Source: Camelus ferus (taxonomy: Eukaryota). From it: a stretch of 64,000 nt of DNA. This document shows positions 53,711-64,000 of the stretch, one piece after another. The number at the start of each line of letters is the position of its first letter. Positions within the stretch are counted from its first letter, which is position 1. The notes under the pieces were generated by a model. It was not told the DNA's origin. It saw nothing but the letters and a program-made list of their open reading frames with translations, and ran no database searches. The stretch lies in NCBI RefSeq assembly GCF_009834535.1, contig NC_045696.1, forward strand, positions 22,198,001-22,262,000. The letters are read 5' to 3'. Made by a program: the position numbers and the translations under genes.

Positions 53711-54997
53711 TGCTTATGGTTTCTTCCTGACTTTGTAACTCCCCCCTCCAGGGGTACCCTTTTGGTACTCCTAGAATACTGACTGGTGGGGGTGGGTTAA
53801 ATTGTCAGCTGTTCCAGGCATCATTCCTTCAAACTGGAAAAAAAAAAAAACTAATTCCATATGACTCATCTTGTGTTACAACCAAAAGCAACCACTAAGT
53901 GGTTCTTTCCTTCCTTTCTTCCTATTGTTTTTTGATATGAAACAGAAGGGAAGAAAAAGGAAGAAGGAAAACAAAACCCCAAACTTAGATATGAAAAACA
54001 TAGTTGGCGAGTTTAATGAATGAAGAGAATGAGCTAGTTAAGGATTGAGTACATTTTTTTAGTGTGGTTCCTTGTTTTCTTTTGTTGCGTGGAGGTTAAT
54101 GTAGTTCCATCAGCAACTTTCATCCCAAACCATATATTAAGTTGCAGTGGGTTTTTTCCCCCTCGTCATAACTTAGTGGAGTATAAATATAGCTTTTATA
54201 AGTGAAAATGGCTGACATTTTTTCAGGTGAAGGCTGCACAGCAGTTGTGGATGGCTGGGGTTGTATGCTGCTCGGTACCTGCTGCCGGGTAGCTGGCCGT
54301 AGAAGGTGGATTTGGCATTCTAGGGTTCCAGGAGGAAGGTTTGGGTGTCTTCCCATCTAGGATCAGAGTGACTAGGGCTGCTAGCACACCTCTCAAATAA
54401 CTATATAGAATTTATTTCACACTGAGATTCCTTGTTTGAATTTGCACAAGGAGTAAAGAAATCATTATGAAGACAGACTTTTAAGAGCAGGTTTGAGAAA
54501 CGAAAAAGGAAGCTAACAGAATCAGCTTTTTTTTTTTTTTTTAATGTGGAAGAACACAAACTATAGGCTAAATTAGGCAATTTTTACACTAAACATGGCA
54601 GGGGCTGTATGCCTTTAATAATTGGCTCTAAAAAAGGTGATGTTGCTTAGTAAATGCAGCATCTGAATAACTCCAAGTTACTTACAGCAGCCAAATGAAT
54701 GAGCTCATTGTGTAAAGACAGAATATACATCGAAACAATCCCAGTACAAGGTTTTTGCTTTTATGGATTAATCAGTGATAAATCAGATCTGACATTTAAA
54801 AAGAGTCCTTGAGGCAATTCCAAAATGCAGCTGAATCTCTGCTTATTTCTTTTAGTTTGGTTTTCTGTGGATGACCCTGAATTTCCACTCTCTTAAATAT
54901 GTTTTGATAGACCTTTTTTTTTTTTTGGTCCTTTTTTTTAAGGTAAATATATCTCTGTTCCTGAAAGGCGGATTGCAGAAAGTCAATACTGAATTTT

Positions 54998-55585
54998 TTT
55001 TTTCTTTGTGTATAACAGCTTTATTGAAATATAATTCACATACTGTATAATTCGCACATTTAAAATGCACAGTTCATAGGTTTTAGTATAGTTACAGAGT
55101 TATACAACCATCACCACAATTTTAGGATATTTTCATCACCCCAAAAGAAAATCTTATACTCACTAACATCACTCCTCCTTCGCCTCCATCCTCCTACCCC
55201 CTAAGCCACTAATCTGCTTTCTGTATACATAGATATGCATATTCTGAACATTTCATATAATTGGAATCATGGAATATTTGGTCTTTTGGCTTCTTTCCCT
55301 TAGCATAACGTATTGAAGTTTCATCTATGTTGTAGCACCTGTCAGATCATTTCTTCTTGTTGCTGAATAATGTATCACACTTTATTTGTCCATATATAAG
55401 CTGGTCAACTTTTAGTTTGTTTCTCCTTTTTGGTTATTATGAATAATGCTGCTATGGATATTTGTGTACAAGTTTTTGTGTGAACTTATGGGTTCATTTC
55501 TCTTGGGTATAGTGCTAGGAACAGAATTGCTGGGTCATATGGTGGCTTTTTAAGAACTGCCAAACTATTTTCTATAATGGCTCTA
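54998..55585 (-). mobile_element. L1MB-type 3' end in BTG3 intron 1
   Basis: acagctttattgaaatataattcacatac...gaattgctgggtcatatggt; TSD caatactgaatttt 54984-54997 / caatactggatttt 55586-55599. Confidence 0.9.
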
Positions 55586-56009
55586 CAATACTGGATTTTA
55601 AAGTGGACTTTTTTATGTTTTAAAGTACAATTTATTTTCATAGAATTTTAAACTTGAATTATTGTAGCTAAATATTGACACATTTAGTAAAAACTATATA
55701 GTGGTATCGTTGTGCTTCTCTTTGAATGATATGTCTGATTTTATTTTAGCTAACAGGAGCAATTTGGTGTGCTCTCTTTATTGAACTTTACAAAATTAAG
55801 TGATAAGATTCTTAAACAGTATTTTATAATAAGGTCTTTATGGCATAAATTAGTGACTGTTCCCTACTCCAGATATGAGCCAATGAAACACAAGATAAAA
55901 TTGGAAGGAGGGAGGGAGGCTATAAAGGAGAGATATTTAGGAGAGCTTTATCTTCCAGTTTTGATATTTTGTTTTTTTGAGAAAAACTATTCTATCTTTG
56001 CAGGGAAAG

Positions 56010-56182
56010 ATGAAGAACGAAATTGCTGCCGTAGTCTTCTTTTTCACAAGGCTAGTTCGAAAACATGATAAGTTGAAAAAAGAAGCAGTCGAGAGGTTTG
56101 CTGAGAAATTGACTCTAATACTTCAAGAAAAATATAAAAATCACTGGTATCCAGAAAAACCATCTAAAGGACAAGCCTACAG
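56010..56182 (+). CDS. BTG3: BTG3 (BTG/Tob antiproliferative family) first coding exon
   Basis: Acceptor ctttgcAG| at 56003, ATG 56010, [57 protein letters not shown](R), donor AG|GTAAAG; 173 coding nt, phase 2; contains the start of BTG box A. Confidence 0.98.
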
Positions 56183-56824
56183 GTAAAGGATTAGCTTGGA
56201 CAGTTGTATTGGACTAAGTGAAGAGGTTAATCGGCTTCTGAAATGAGTGCCAGACCAGAGGACTAAGGGTATTCAGTCCATGCCTTTCAGTTTAACTGCA
56301 AAATACCAATCTCTGGGGTGTCTCTATTTTTCCCCTGTTCACTTTACAATACAAATATTTGTTGTTGGAGTCCCACTGCCTGGACTTGGGAGGCCAGTAA
56401 TGTAGGCTTATGGGAATTAGTCTTGTGGTCATAGTGTGGCTTCTAAGTATGTTTCTTTATGTATCACGAGTATGTATTCACAATTCTAGAGGACTAATTA
56501 CATGTTACATGTTTTTGGAAAAAAAAGTTTTTTGGTAAATGAGAACTAAGATTATTAGACACCTAATATATTCTTGACGCAGGAATAACTTGATTTGTAC
56601 TATACATACTATTTTATAGGTGAAGGTAACCTACCTATGTTTCACAATTGATAAATATTAGCTTTGAGATTTGAACTCAGGTCTAAATTCTCACAAGCTT
56701 TCTGTATTCCACAGTCCAAACACTGCCTTGTCTATGAGAATGAAAGCAGTTCTCACTCTCAGCTATCTTTTGTACTCTGGTTTATAAGTTACATTTACAG
56801 CTTTAAGAAGAGCGGACTCCTGCA

Positions 56825-56844
56825 AAACATGTCCTGGCATGCTC
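56825..56844. promoter_or_regulatory. p53 response element in BTG3 intron 2
   Basis: AAACATGTCC TGGCATGCTC: two RRRCWWGYYY half-sites, zero spacer, 19/20 match. Confidence 0.8.
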
Positions 56845-58579
56845 ACTGCTTAGTATTTATGTGACTACTTGGGAACCTGAGTTGAGAATGTTCTGCTAAA
56901 CTCAGATGTCAAACTATGCCCCATTTGTGGATGTGACCAAAAAAATAAGTAGAACAGTTATCATTATTATGAATACAGAAATTCTTGTATTTATGCATAT
57001 TGTTGCCTCCAGAGATTCCACAAATTAGCACTTCACAGTAAAAAGAACTTCCTTTCAGTCACTGAGCTCTTGCAAGTGTGAGACTATTCAAGAAGTGTAT
57101 AAGGGAGGTAAAATATGACTTGTTTAGTTCTCATTTGCTAAAAGCCAGGTGAGCATATGATCTGTTGAAAAGAAAAGAATCAAAGTAATTGATGTATTTT
57201 CTTCTTCATTTTTATCCAAAGAGTTTTCCTAGTATATATTGGAAAATGTGATGAGTGAAAGTACAATGTGGATGTTTTATATAAAACAGACTCGAGTTAA
57301 TTACTTTTTATCCTCTTAGTTTATTCTCTTAATTTTTATCTGCTCATCTTCATTTCTGATAGAGTGAACAGCTTTTGTGAATTAGAGCTGTTGAGGCTTT
57401 GTACACTGATGTAATTGACATTGGACAAAGGCTTTTGGAAGTGCCAGGCCACTGTACTATTACTGAAAAAGGAGACACTGTCAGGTAAACGCTTAAAGGT
57501 CAGACAGTGTACAGTTTCATTTCCATTAATTGTAAAAACTTGAGGAAAAAAAGTTACCCAAACAGGGTTAAATTGGCATGTGATCAGAAGTATCATCAGA
57601 GTCATTTTGAAGCCATCTTTGAAGTAGAAAACTATAGAGGTAGGGTGGGTTGTTTCTTTTATAATAATGAATGAACTGTAGGATCAACCAGAGTTAGTAG
57701 ACTCTTCAGTCCATGGAGAGTAGCTTGAAAGTGTTCTTTTTCTTCTAAGTGTTTGTAAATTTGTATGTTTCTCTGCAATATATACAAATAAGGGGAATTT
57801 GGCATTATTATCAAGATCTGTAAAAATATTCATAGTCTTCGAAAAGTAAGTCTCCTAAAATCTATTCTAGAAGCATAATCAAAAAAATGCAGACAAATAT
57901 GTATGAATATGGATGTTTCTTAACACTTTATAATTGCAAAAAATTGGAAAGAACTACACTGTCAACATTAAGTAAATGACAGACTATTTTTATGCAACTT
58001 CCAAAATCTTTTTTTGAAGAGTGGTTAATGGGTAAGTAGTCACGGTATCTAGAGTGAAAAAACATCATAAAAATATGTAAGGTATATAAATTTTGTTGAA
58101 GTAGAGTTTCTATTTAAGCATCTGTATTTACATATTTTTTTTTAAGCTTAGAGCCTACATCTCCTTCATTGTAGATAACAAAAACACATATACCTAGGAT
58201 CTGTCTCCTTACCTTTAACTGCTTTTGATCCTGGGACACATAAGACTTTTGAATCAACCTATACAGCATTAGAATGTATTAACATAGGACCATCTTATAG
58301 AGAGGAACAAAGAGTATCTTACATGATTTTAAATAATTTTTTTACTCTGAATTTGCTAAATTGTTAATGGTGATACTAAGATAAACACAGGTATAAAAGG
58401 ATGTTGTTTAATAAGATGAGCTTTGGAGTCTGGTGGTCTGGTTCTGAAACCTGGATTCACTACTTTCAAGCTGTGTAATGTTGGGCAAGTTATTCAGACT
58501 CTCCCTGCCTCCTTTTTTCTTACAATAGGGAAAACAGTACCTAACACAGATGATTGTGAAAATTTAAAAAGTTAAAAGG

Positions 58580-59158
58580 CTCATCGCAGACAGTGCATTT
58601 TTTACAATTGAAAGTTTGTACAACCCTATATTGAACAGGCCTATCAGCACTTTGCTTACTTTGTGTCTCTGGGTCACATTTTGGCAATTCTTAACAATAT
58701 TTCAAACTTTTTCATCATTACATTTGTTACAGGGATCTGTGATCAGTGATCTTTGATGTTATTATCACAAAGACTCACTGAAGGCTCAGATGAAGGTTAG
58801 CGTTTTGTAGCAATAAAGTATTTTTTATGGGGGGAAGGTATAGCTCAAGTGGTAGAGTGCATGCTTAGCGTGCATGAGGTCCTGGTTCGATCCCCAGTGT
58901 ATCCTCTAAGAATAAATAAATAAGTAAACCTAATTACTTCCCCCAACTAAAAAAGTAAATAAAAAATAAAGTAGTTTTAATTAAGGTGTGTACTTTGGTT
59001 TTTAGACATAATGCTATTGCACACTTAATAGACTACAGTGTAGTGTAAACATAACGTTTATATACACTGAGAAACCAAAAAATTTGTGACTAGCTTTATT
59101 GTGATACTTGCTTTATTGCTATAGTTTGGAACCAAACCTGCAATTTCTGGTATGCCTG
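58580..59158 (+). mobile_element. Internally deleted Tigger1, inserted in a MIR (58410-59220)
   Basis: Tigger1 left-arm motifs (ttttttacaattgaaagtttg, gatctgtgatcagtgatctttgatgtt) fused to the right arm (gactcactgaaggctcagatga...ggtatgcctg) followed by TA. Confidence 0.88.
58829..58964 (+). mobile_element. Vic-1-type SINE inside the Tigger1
   Basis: ggggaaggtatagctcaagtggtagagtgcatgcttagcgtgcatgaggtcc; TSD aataaagtatttttta / aataaagtagtttta. Confidence 0.92.
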
Positions 59159-60353
59159 TACATGCAGACCATGTAGGAAACTCTCTATTGCATACTAACC
59201 TCAAAAAGAGTTGTTGTTGTTGTTATTATTATTATTTAGAAATATGTATTAGCTGTTACCTAAGGAGACCTTTTTCACTATTTTAAATGAAAATTGAAAC
59301 CAACCAGTAAAATAATTAAACTTGAAAAATTTAAATAATACATTGATCTGTTGATGTTATTATATTTAGTAGTATAATTGATATTTATCAATTAACTTAC
59401 ATTTTCCTTATTTTAGAGCTTTGAGTCTAAAGAATTAAAATGACTTAATCTAAATGCACCTAATAGTACTAGTACTCAGGACTAGTACTATAAAACCTGG
59501 CTTCTCTTGATTAATTTCTTAGGTGTAAAGCAGTAAGTACATTCATTGTAGCTAACATTTCTCTATGTAAGCAGAATGCTTATTTTAACAGGTATTTTTG
59601 CATTCATATGGAGAGCCATCTCTGAGTATTCCATTACGTAACCTGTTTCTTAGATTAAAAAAATGGAGCAGTCTATTAGTTTAGAAATTTTTTTCAAATA
59701 TTTTGACAACTTAAAAAAAAAGGAAAACTCTTGTGTAACAAGTTAAATGAAATAAGCCAGTAAGACTTTTGGATTATATTTTAATCTTAAGTATGTGATA
59801 AGAATGGCTTTGTGTCCTTGACTAATTCTATACTTAGAGAACAATCATAGTTAAGGCAAAGGATACACTTAATGCTTATTTCATTATTTTGGATATGTAA
59901 GCAAGGTAATGACAGATCAAAACTTGTCACAAGAATTTCCAAATATAATTTGAAATGTTGGTTGAAGTCTGGTTAGTTGGAGATTTTGTTATATAGTAAT
60001 TTAGCCTATTAAAACTTTTACCTTTAAAGCTCTAAGTAATTTCCTGCAACTTTCATACTCCTTGCTCATTTAATATACATGTGAAGTTGAGTAGTTTTTA
60101 TGTGAAATGAGGTAGAGCCAGTTCTAGTGATTTCCCTGTGCTCACAAAGATGTCCTCTTCCCACCAGGTTAGGTAGTCTTGATGTTGCTGCTCCCTCTTT
60201 GCCTTTAGTTCACATTTATTGATACTCCTGGATTCTTTGCCATGGTTTATTTTATTTTATTTTTTAATTAATGCTGGCAGATGCTAATAAATACAACATA
60301 TTTTCTGATTAAAATTTATTTAAAGCTGTTAACATTACTCCACTTTGTTGCAG

Positions 60354-60491
60354 ATGCATTCGTGTCAATAAGTTTCAAAGAGTTGATCCCGATGTCCTGA
60401 AAGCCTGTGAGAACAGCTGCATCTTGTACAGCGATCTGGGCTTGCCAAAGGAGCTCACTCTGTGGGTGGACCCATGTGAGGTGTGCTGTCG
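60354..60491 (+). CDS. BTG3: BTG3 second coding exon
   Basis: Acceptor ttgttgcAG|, 138 nt: (R)CIRVNKFQRVDPDVLKACENSCILYSDLGLPKELTLWVDPCEVCC(R), donor CG|GTGAGT; phase matches the previous exon; contains box B (LPKELTLWVDP). Missed by the ORF track because it is short. Confidence 0.98.
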
Positions 60492-61242
60492 GTGAGTTCT
60501 TGCGTTTGGCAGCTGAACAGATAACCTTATTGGAACTGATCTTATGAAATTCTCTCAGGTGCTACCTGTATGTGTATCTTTATGGCCAGGAGCTTGTTGT
60601 TTGGCTTTCCCAGATGTGAATTTCGTCAAGTATTCTGATAGTGAAAAACTGGTTGCATTCCTGTTTTACAGCTACAGAAACTCAAAAACTGATAGAGCAG
60701 CGTTTTTTAAGAGCTTTACCAAGAAGTTTATTGTAGGATTTAGACACCTGTAGTCCCTGTAGGTCAATTGTCTTCTTTCATTGGTGGTGCCTTTCTCTTT
60801 GCCCTCTTCAAATTAGGAAAGAAGCTAATCCCAAGTAATACTGGATAACTTTTGGTTGATCTCTTTTTCTGTTTGCTTCTCTTGCTTCCTTCTCCCTTTT
60901 TGGTTTTTAAGTGACTGAGTGATATTTTCATGGTGTTATTTTCATAATGGAAATTACTTCTCATGAGCAGAATTGTAAAAGTGAGTGTTAGGAATGAAAT
61001 CTGACTGAACTTTGTTCATTCTAAAAACACTTACTGTGGACCAGGCTTTCTTAGTTGTGGGGTTTTTTAAAAATGAAAATGACACTTCTACTTTCAGGTA
61101 GCTCGAAGTGTAATAAGGGAGAAGAAAAAATAAGCAGATTACAACAGAGTGTGATTTGTGCTATAATAGAAATATGTACAAAATGCAGTGGTTGGTGGTG
61201 GAAAAGAGAGTTACTCCCTCTACTGGAAGTCAGAAAAGACTA

Positions 61243-61620
61243 CAGTCAGCCCTTGGTATCAGTGACTGATTGGTTCCAGGACAACCCCCCTCCCCCCCTG
61301 CCACCGCGCCCCCACATATCCGGAACCAAAATCCTTGGATGCTCAAGTCCCTTACAAAATGGTGTAGTATTTGCATATAACCTACGCATGTCCTCTCATG
61401 TACTTTAAACCATCTTTAGATTACTTATAATACCTAATGTAATGTAATGATATGTAAATAGTTGTAAAACCAGTGTAAATGCTACATAAATAGTTGCCTT
61501 GAATTGAGAAAATTCAAATTTTGCCTTTAGGAACTTTCTGGATTTTTTTCCCCAAATATTTTTGATCTGTGGTTAGTTGACTGCACAGATGTAGAACCCA
61601 TAAATACGGAAGGCTGACTG
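61243..61620 (+). mobile_element. MER2 (Tigger) MITE
   Basis: TA|cagtcagcc ... ggctgactg terminal inverted repeats; ggatgctcaagtccctta, tagattacttataatacctaat. Confidence 0.88.
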
Positions 61621-62254
61621 AATTGAGTAGATGATAACTTGAACTGAGTGGGAAAGGGTGAATTGCAGTAGACTAGATGATAAGTTAGGAAGGACATTTC
61701 CAGTCAGGAGGAACAGCATGAGGAGATACATGAAACTCCTCTGTGAGTGATTTTTATAGCTGTTCCTTTAGGGTCTTTCTCTTTTGTTAGAGGCACAATT
61801 TACCCATTAACTGTAGGAACCCTAATATGTTCCAAAGGTTATCATAGCCTTTGACCTAATCTCAAACAATGAAATTGGAGGCAAAGACATGTTGCAAAAA
61901 TACATGGTTATGCTGCAGCAATTTTCTGGACCACCCTGGAGCTGCTTGATATAAGCTGGTGGCTTATATAAGCTTATTGCTTTGGGAAAATGGTTACAGG
62001 TAGTAGATTCTCCAGCACTTCTTTCTCAGGAAAAGGAAGAGTGAGTTATTTCAAGTTTGGTCTAAGGAGGGCAAACATTTTTAGATCCTGGAACTAATTA
62101 AAGATTTACCTTAACGCCAGGGTCAGATTTTGTAGACTTCGTCCACTGAACCCCAGCAGAAGACCTCAGTATACAAGAAATAGCGGTAACAAAATTACTG
62201 TATTGAATTGCTTACTTTTTTATGAGGCTCACGCTATGATCCTGATTGAGTCTT

Positions 62255-62579
62255 TTTTTTAACTTTTTTTTATTGATGTATAGTCAGTTTACAATGTGTC
62301 AATTTCTGGTGTACAGCACAATGCTTCAGTCATACATGAATATACATATATTTGTTTTCATATTCTTTTTCACCTAAGCTACTATAAGATATCGAATATA
62401 TTTCCCTGTGCTATACAGGATAAACTTGTTTATCTATTTTATATATACCAGTTAGTATCTGCAAAACTTGAACTCCCAGTTTATCCCTTCCCTTCCTCTT
62501 CCCCCCTGGTAACCATAAGTTTGTTTTCTATGTCTGTTGAGTCTGTTTCTGTTTTATAAATAAGTTCATTTGTCTTCTT
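62255..62579 (-). mobile_element. Younger LINE-1 3' end, antisense in BTG3 intron 3
   Basis: Poly(T) then tattgatgtatagtcagtttacaatgtgtcaatttctggtgtacagc; TSD attgagtctt at 62245-62254 and 62580-62589. Confidence 0.92.
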
Positions 62580-62668
62580 ATTGAGTCTTATTTAACTCAC
62601 AGTTCTTTAAGTTAGTTGTGTAGTATTTCAGGCCAGAAAAATTAAGCAGTGTCTGAAAGGGGATAGTA

Positions 62669-63003
62669 CAGTTGGCCTTCCATATCCAAGGGTTCAACAT
62701 CCACGCATTCAGCCAACTTTAGTTCAGAAGTACTTGGGGGAAAAATTCAAGAAAATTCCAAAAAGCAAAACTTAAGTTTGCCTTGTTTTACAACTGTTTA
62801 CATATAATTTACATTATATTTACAAGAATTTACATAATAAGTACTTACATTGTATTAGATGTTATAAGTAATCTAGGGGTGATTTAAAATGTATGGTGCT
62901 TAGGGTGTATGCAAATACCATGCCATTTTATTTAAGGTACTTAAGCATGCACAGATTTTGGTATGGGGATGCTGGTCCTGGAACCAGTTCCCCCAGGTTA
63001 CTG
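62669..63003 (-). mobile_element. MER2B-like MITE, opposite orientation to the 61243 copy
   Basis: TA|cagttggcc ... ctg|TA; aaaattccaaaaagcaaaactt, ttataagtaatctag, gtcctggaacca. Confidence 0.85.
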
Positions 63004-64000
63004 TAGTGATAAAGCTACAAAAAAAAAATGACACAGTCCGACATTGAGACAGGAACAAAAAAGCTAGAGTTGACTGAAATGTATTATCACACCATCAAAT
63101 AATGAATATTTAATATCAACGATCTTAAATCACTAGGGAAAAGTTTCTGTATCCAAGGATGTTTAAGAAGTCAGGTAATTATATAAACATTTGGACATAT
63201 TTATTTGAAATGGTTAGACTAAGTCTTGGTACCTGAAGATAAGAACTTTAATTAGGTGGACATTTTACTGAAGTGAATACTTTATTACTTGATGATGCCA
63301 AGTAATGAAAAACTACTGTTTCATCTTGTTAATGTAAGAAAATGTTTGCACTCAATAGCCTTCTAGTAATTTTATATATGATCCAAATTTTGTCAAAAAT
63401 TGGCTATGGTGTGATTTTTTTCCACAGCTAGTAGAAATTACCTTCAGAATATGGTGCTCATCCAATGATGATAGAAACCCAGAAAGAAAGATGTGTTAGT
63501 GACTGGGTAGAGATGATTGCTATAAAATAGTAGAGGAGACTGAGATATTTATTAGTACTTTCGAACCACAACTGGAAATATTCTGAAAATTAAAACAAAG
63601 CTGATCTAGCATTTATATAATTGAATAAATATCTAAGTCATTAAAAATAATCTCATTGGTATACTAGAGACTAACTGAAGTTATGAAAAAAACTTGAAAT
63701 GTCCTCAGAACATTCGTCATAGTCACAGTCAGGATAAAATATTGATTGGAAGGGTGCAAAGAGTTTTATATAATTGGAGAGATTATCACTTAGTGAAATA
63801 TTTGAGAAGATACTGAATAGGTAACAGATCTTTCCTGTAAGGAAAAGGCCTTTGAATAGCTGGCAACTTTATTGTCTACTCACTATTTTACACTCTTTTT
63901 GTTTGTTTGTTTTTTGTAATTTCTATAATCTTTTCTTTTCCTGACAAAGAACATTAGATACTATTGATTTGCTTCAAATTAACTCAGTTGGCCATAATGT

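Noticed and set aside
52519..56012. N-terminal extension or uORF of BTG3 from exon 1
   Set aside because: With the 52599/56004 splice there is an in-frame TGA at 52519-52521, no in-frame CTG/GTG after it, and no ATG in the exon. The ORF-track start at 55977 is an intronic TTG.
60492..64000. Further BTG3 coding exons
   Set aside because: I found no continuation of the protein after box B with suitable splice sites; the next exon is presumably beyond the window.

Overview
Mammalian genomic DNA, most likely camelid (alpaca/llama/camel), judged from eight tRNA-Ala(AGC)-derived SINEs of the Vic-1 type. The only intact protein-coding gene is the 5' half of BTG3 on the + strand: CpG-island promoter and non-coding exon 1 (~52.4-52.6 kb), coding exon 2 (CDS 56010-56182) and exon 3 (60354-60491); the rest lies beyond the window. 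The 52 kb upstream is mostly repeats: L1 pieces of several ages, a HAL1-like element, a two-LTR non-coding ERV1 provirus (16496-21607), solo LTRs, Tigger/hAT MITEs, MIR, L2 and L3/CR1, plus an RPS15A processed pseudogene inserted into an L1 5' region. Best leads: a near-perfect p53 element in BTG3 intron 2, an orphan promoter-like CpG patch at ~35.5 kb, and an unexplained CpG-retaining 1.4-kb segment at ~41-42.4 kb that reads like a decayed minus-strand ORF. I cannot demonstrate a new biological system from the sequence alone. Repeat subfamily names are from memory of consensus sequences and need RepeatMasker/Dfam confirmation; their boundaries are approximate unless a TSD or terminal repeat is quoted.
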